Below, piece after piece: positions 61,252 to 64,000 of a stretch of 64,000 bases of DNA. Numbering within the stretch: position 1 is the first letter of the stretch; each line of letters begins with the position of its first letter. Made by a program: the position numbers and the translations under genes. A model generated the notes under the pieces. That model was not told the origin of the DNA and did not search any database. It saw only the letters and a list, made by a program, of their open reading frames with translations. The stretch is from an uncultured cyanobacterium (GTDB lineage Bacteria > Cyanobacteriota > Cyanobacteriia > Cyanobacteriales > CAWCAG01). The stretch spans positions 160,001 through 224,000 of the forward strand of contig CAWCAG010000007.1 in assembly GCA_963793425.1 (NCBI GenBank), in the 5' to 3' direction.

Positions 61252-62184
61252 ATGAGTTGTGATTATCAATTGACAACACCCGTAGTATTTATTATTTTCA
61301 ATCGTAGTGATACCACTAAAAAAGTCTTTGAAGTTCTTCGTCAAGTCAAACCTCCTAAACTTTTTGTTATAGCTGACGGAGCAAGAAACAACAGAGCAGG
61401 AGAAGCAGAAAAATGTGCTGCAACCCGTGCAGTTATTGAAGGAATAGACTGGGACTGTCAAGTTTTAAAAAATTATTCTGAGGTTAATTTAGGTTGTAAA
61501 AAAAGAGTTGCAACTGGCTTAGAATGGGTTTTTAATCATGTAGAAGAAGCGATTATCTTAGAAGATGATTGTTTGCCAAATCCGAGCTTTTTCCGATTCT
61601 GTCAAGAATGTCTTGAGCAATATCGAAATGATAAGCGTATGATGATGATTTGTGGCACTAATATCTTAGAAAAATGGCAAACAGAAATACAAAGTTATTA
61701 TTTTTCTTATTATAGTAATTGTTGGGGCTGGGCTACTTGGAAAAGAGCTTGGGATTACTATGATGCAGATATGAAACTTTGGCAGGAATCTCAAGTTAGA
61801 GATAGAGTCAAGGATGTGCTTTGTAATAATCAACAGTACTCAACTTTAGAGATAACTTTTGCCAAAGTTTATTCTAATCAAATCAGTACATCCTGGGCTA
61901 TTCCTTGGTTTTTTACCCGCCTTTCTCAATCTGGTTTAGCTATTACTCCTTCAGTAAACTTAATTTCTAATATTGGCTTTACTCCCGAAGGTACTAATAC
62001 TAAAACTAGTAGTGATTCCAGGGCTAATTTGCCTCTAGAATCGCTAACTTTTCCTTTAAAAGAGCCGTTATGTGTGGCAGTAGATAGAGAACATGATCGT
62101 ATACGCTATCAAAAAACCTGGGGTAGGAAAACTAATATTTTCAGAAAAATATTGAGAAAAATTAAGCACATAGTTATTAAGTGA
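61252..62184 (+). CDS. Nucleotide-diphospho-sugar transferase (GT-A fold)
   Basis: IFNR, L.VIADG, NLGC, IILEDDC, WGWATW. Confidence 0.85.
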   Translation: MSCDYQLTTPVVFIIFNRSDTTKKVFEVLRQVKPPKLFVIADGARNNRAGEAEKCAATRAVIEGIDWDCQVLKNYSEVNLGCKKRVATGLEWVFNHVEEAIILEDDCLPNPSFFRFCQECLEQYRNDKRMMMICGTNILEKWQTEIQSYYFSYYSNCWGWATWKRAWDYYDADMKLWQESQVRDRVKDVLCNNQQYSTLEITFAKVYSNQISTSWAIPWFFTRLSQSGLAITPSVNLISNIGFTPEGTNTKTSSDSRANLPLESLTFPLKEPLCVAVDREHDRIRYQKTWGRKTNIFRKILRKIKHIVIK

Positions 62185-62197
62185 AAACAGGGGCGTA

Positions 62198-63043
62198 ATG
62201 GTGAATAAAACTAGAATTTTGTTTTGGGGAATTCAAAGAAGCGGTAATCATGCTGTTATCAATTGGTTAAGAGAACAGTATGAAGAGCCAAAAATGTTTT
62301 TGAATCATCAAGAATTTGGTGAAGAATTAAAAGCTAGTCCAGAACATTCTTTATCAAGTTTAGGTAATGAACATTCTCAAGCCCCTAAAGTTTATTATGC
62401 TCAAAAAGATGATCCTGATTGGCAAGAAGTTTGGAGAAATCCTCCGAGTGGTAGTAATGAGTTGCTTTTAGTTTCTTTTGAGAATCATAAGCTTAATTCT
62501 TTATCTCCTCAAAAGTATCAACAAGGCTCTCAACTAATTGACAAAAGTATAGTTGGCAAGAGTGAAAAGACAATTAATATCATTATTTTAAGAGATCCTT
62601 TTAATATGTGGGTCGGTAATATGCCAGGGAAAAAGCTTCATGATCCTCAACTTTGGAAAATCTATGCTCAGGAGTTTGTGGGGGAAACTAATTTTTTACC
62701 GAACAAAGTTTGCATTAATTACAACAAGTGGTTTAGTAGTCAAGATTATAGAAAGGAAATTACTGATAAATTAGGAGTTGGTTTTTCCGATCAAGGTTTA
62801 AATACAGTTAGTAATAGAGGAGGCGGTAGTAATTTTGACGGGACTAAGTTTGATGGGCAAGCACAAAAAATGAATGTGTTGGGGCGATGGGAGGAATCTA
62901 ATAACTTCCTCAAAAAAAGAAGATTGCTTAGAGCCTTAAGTAGAGATCGAGAAATGGATCGCTTAGTTGAAAAGATTTATCCGGAATTATATTACCAATG
63001 GAAGAAGCCAACTTGGGAAAATTTTTGGTATTACTGGGTTTAG
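62198..63043 (+). CDS. Sulfotransferase-like protein
   Basis: 5'PSB-like GIQRSGNH, 3'PB-like LRDPFN, YN.W, GGGS.F. Confidence 0.55.
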   Translation: MVNKTRILFWGIQRSGNHAVINWLREQYEEPKMFLNHQEFGEELKASPEHSLSSLGNEHSQAPKVYYAQKDDPDWQEVWRNPPSGSNELLLVSFENHKLNSLSPQKYQQGSQLIDKSIVGKSEKTINIIILRDPFNMWVGNMPGKKLHDPQLWKIYAQEFVGETNFLPNKVCINYNKWFSSQDYRKEITDKLGVGFSDQGLNTVSNRGGGSNFDGTKFDGQAQKMNVLGRWEESNNFLKKRRLLRALSRDREMDRLVEKIYPELYYQWKKPTWENFWYYWV

Positions 63044-63105
63044 TTAAGCAGGATTATAAATAAAGTTGTTTTTCTAGAGCATTTCTATTTTGGTAGTCAA
63101 CAACA

Positions 63106-64000
63106 ATGACTTTGAAAAAAAGACAGAGCATTTTTGGCAAAGATAGTACAGTGAAGGGGAAACAGAGAATTTATAATTCATTAGTCGATACTGTAGGGTT
63201 AGAGAAATTTAGTTTGCTTCCTAAATATATCAAGAGAAAGCTTAAAAAATTCTTAGTTAGTTTAGCTAGGGAAAATAGCTTTTTTCATTTATTCGGATTA
63301 GTTGCTTGTAAAAGCTATATCCAAATAAATCCTAGTAATGTTGCTAAAAACCTCCCTGAAAGTGATTTGATTACGGTTAAGACAATTCTTGAACAGAACG
63401 ATAAACCTACAAAAGCAGCAATTTATCTTCAAGAACAAAAAATAGCAGCAATTCAACCCATTACCCCCCAAACAGAAACAGTTATCTTAGAAATCAAAAA
63501 CTGTAATTTTTCTTTGCGTAACAACCATTTATTAGATGGGAAAATGAATGTTCTAGATGAGGCGGGGATGCAATTTGAGAGAATGCCTGTACGAGAAAAG
63601 TTCCTCTCTAAACCTCAGAAAATATCTGGGACTGTAGCTTATTTAACTAATGTTGATCCTTTAAATTATTATCATTGGTTGTGTCGTACTCTGCCTCTAT
63701 TGAGATTATATAAAAAGTTTTTCGATTTTTCGCAAATTGAGTTTTTTTATATTGGAGAATTTCCTTTAGCTAATTTCCATCGAGAAAGTTTAATCAGAGC
63801 AGGTATTAGAGAAAACCAAATTTTGCAAAAAGCTTGTACAGCAGAGAAAATTGTAGCCGCTATTAGTAGTAGAGCTAAATATTTTGGTTCAGCCCCTATT
63901 AACCAAGAAAATTATCTTTTTAGTCGCAGTTTGTTTAAAGAAGAAATAAAACTAGGGAAACAACAGACTCCAAAACGCATCTATGTCCAAAGAGGGAAGG
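63106..64000 (+). CDS. Glycosyltransferase family 61 / DUF563 protein, 3'-partial
   Basis: Open frame from ATG 63106 to the window end; NYYHWL..TLP.L, F..ESL...GI, RIYVQR. Confidence 0.8.
   Translation, partial: MTLKKRQSIFGKDSTVKGKQRIYNSLVDTVGLEKFSLLPKYIKRKLKKFLVSLARENSFFHLFGLVACKSYIQINPSNVAKNLPESDLITVKTILEQNDKPTKAAIYLQEQKIAAIQPITPQTETVILEIKNCNFSLRNNHLLDGKMNVLDEAGMQFERMPVREKFLSKPQKISGTVAYLTNVDPLNYYHWLCRTLPLLRLYKKFFDFSQIEFFYIGEFPLANFHRESLIRAGIRENQILQKACTAEKIVAAISSRAKYFGSAPINQENYLFSRSLFKEEIKLGKQQTPKRIYVQRGK

Noticed and set aside
49332..61461. ORFs 49332..49613, 52549..52731, 55300..55623, 56572..56811, 56685..57299, 61240..61461
   Set aside because: Shadow ORFs of the permease and EPS genes

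Overview
Cyanobacterial chromosomal window (many HIP1 GCGATCGC octamers; photosynthesis and carotenoid genes petM, petN, crtB, pds; hetF homologue). Most of it is housekeeping: trpC, lpdA, tRNA-Leu(CAG), murA, pdxA, mraY, nadD-nrtR, putA, speA, recQ. Four accessory zones stand out. (1) 1-6.6 kb is a tandem array of divergently paired Ser/Thr kinase (+) and atypical type IV pilin-like G/H (-) genes, with a duplicated kinase leader and hypervariable kinase membrane domains. (2) 25.3-28.3 kb is a decay hotspot: a 5'-truncated PEP-CTERM gene, xisI frameshifted by a 25-nt insertion in a HIP1-like site, a 5'-truncated xisH, and an IS4 remnant that cut a membrane-protein paralogue, next to an intact membrane protein-pilin G/H fusion. 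(3) About 41.38-41.52 kb holds a compact multi-hairpin element with a candidate -10 box and a terminator, a candidate unrecognised ncRNA. (4) 52.5-64 kb is an exopolysaccharide cluster (priming GT, Wzc, Wza, ABC flippase-like, GTs, sulfotransferase-like). Three small genes missed by the ORF track were found by hand: petM, petN and a 48-aa membrane peptide behind petN. Intergenic DNA is rich in heptamer tandem repeats, REP-like hairpins and MITE-like elements. All family calls come from motif recognition by eye; no searches were run.
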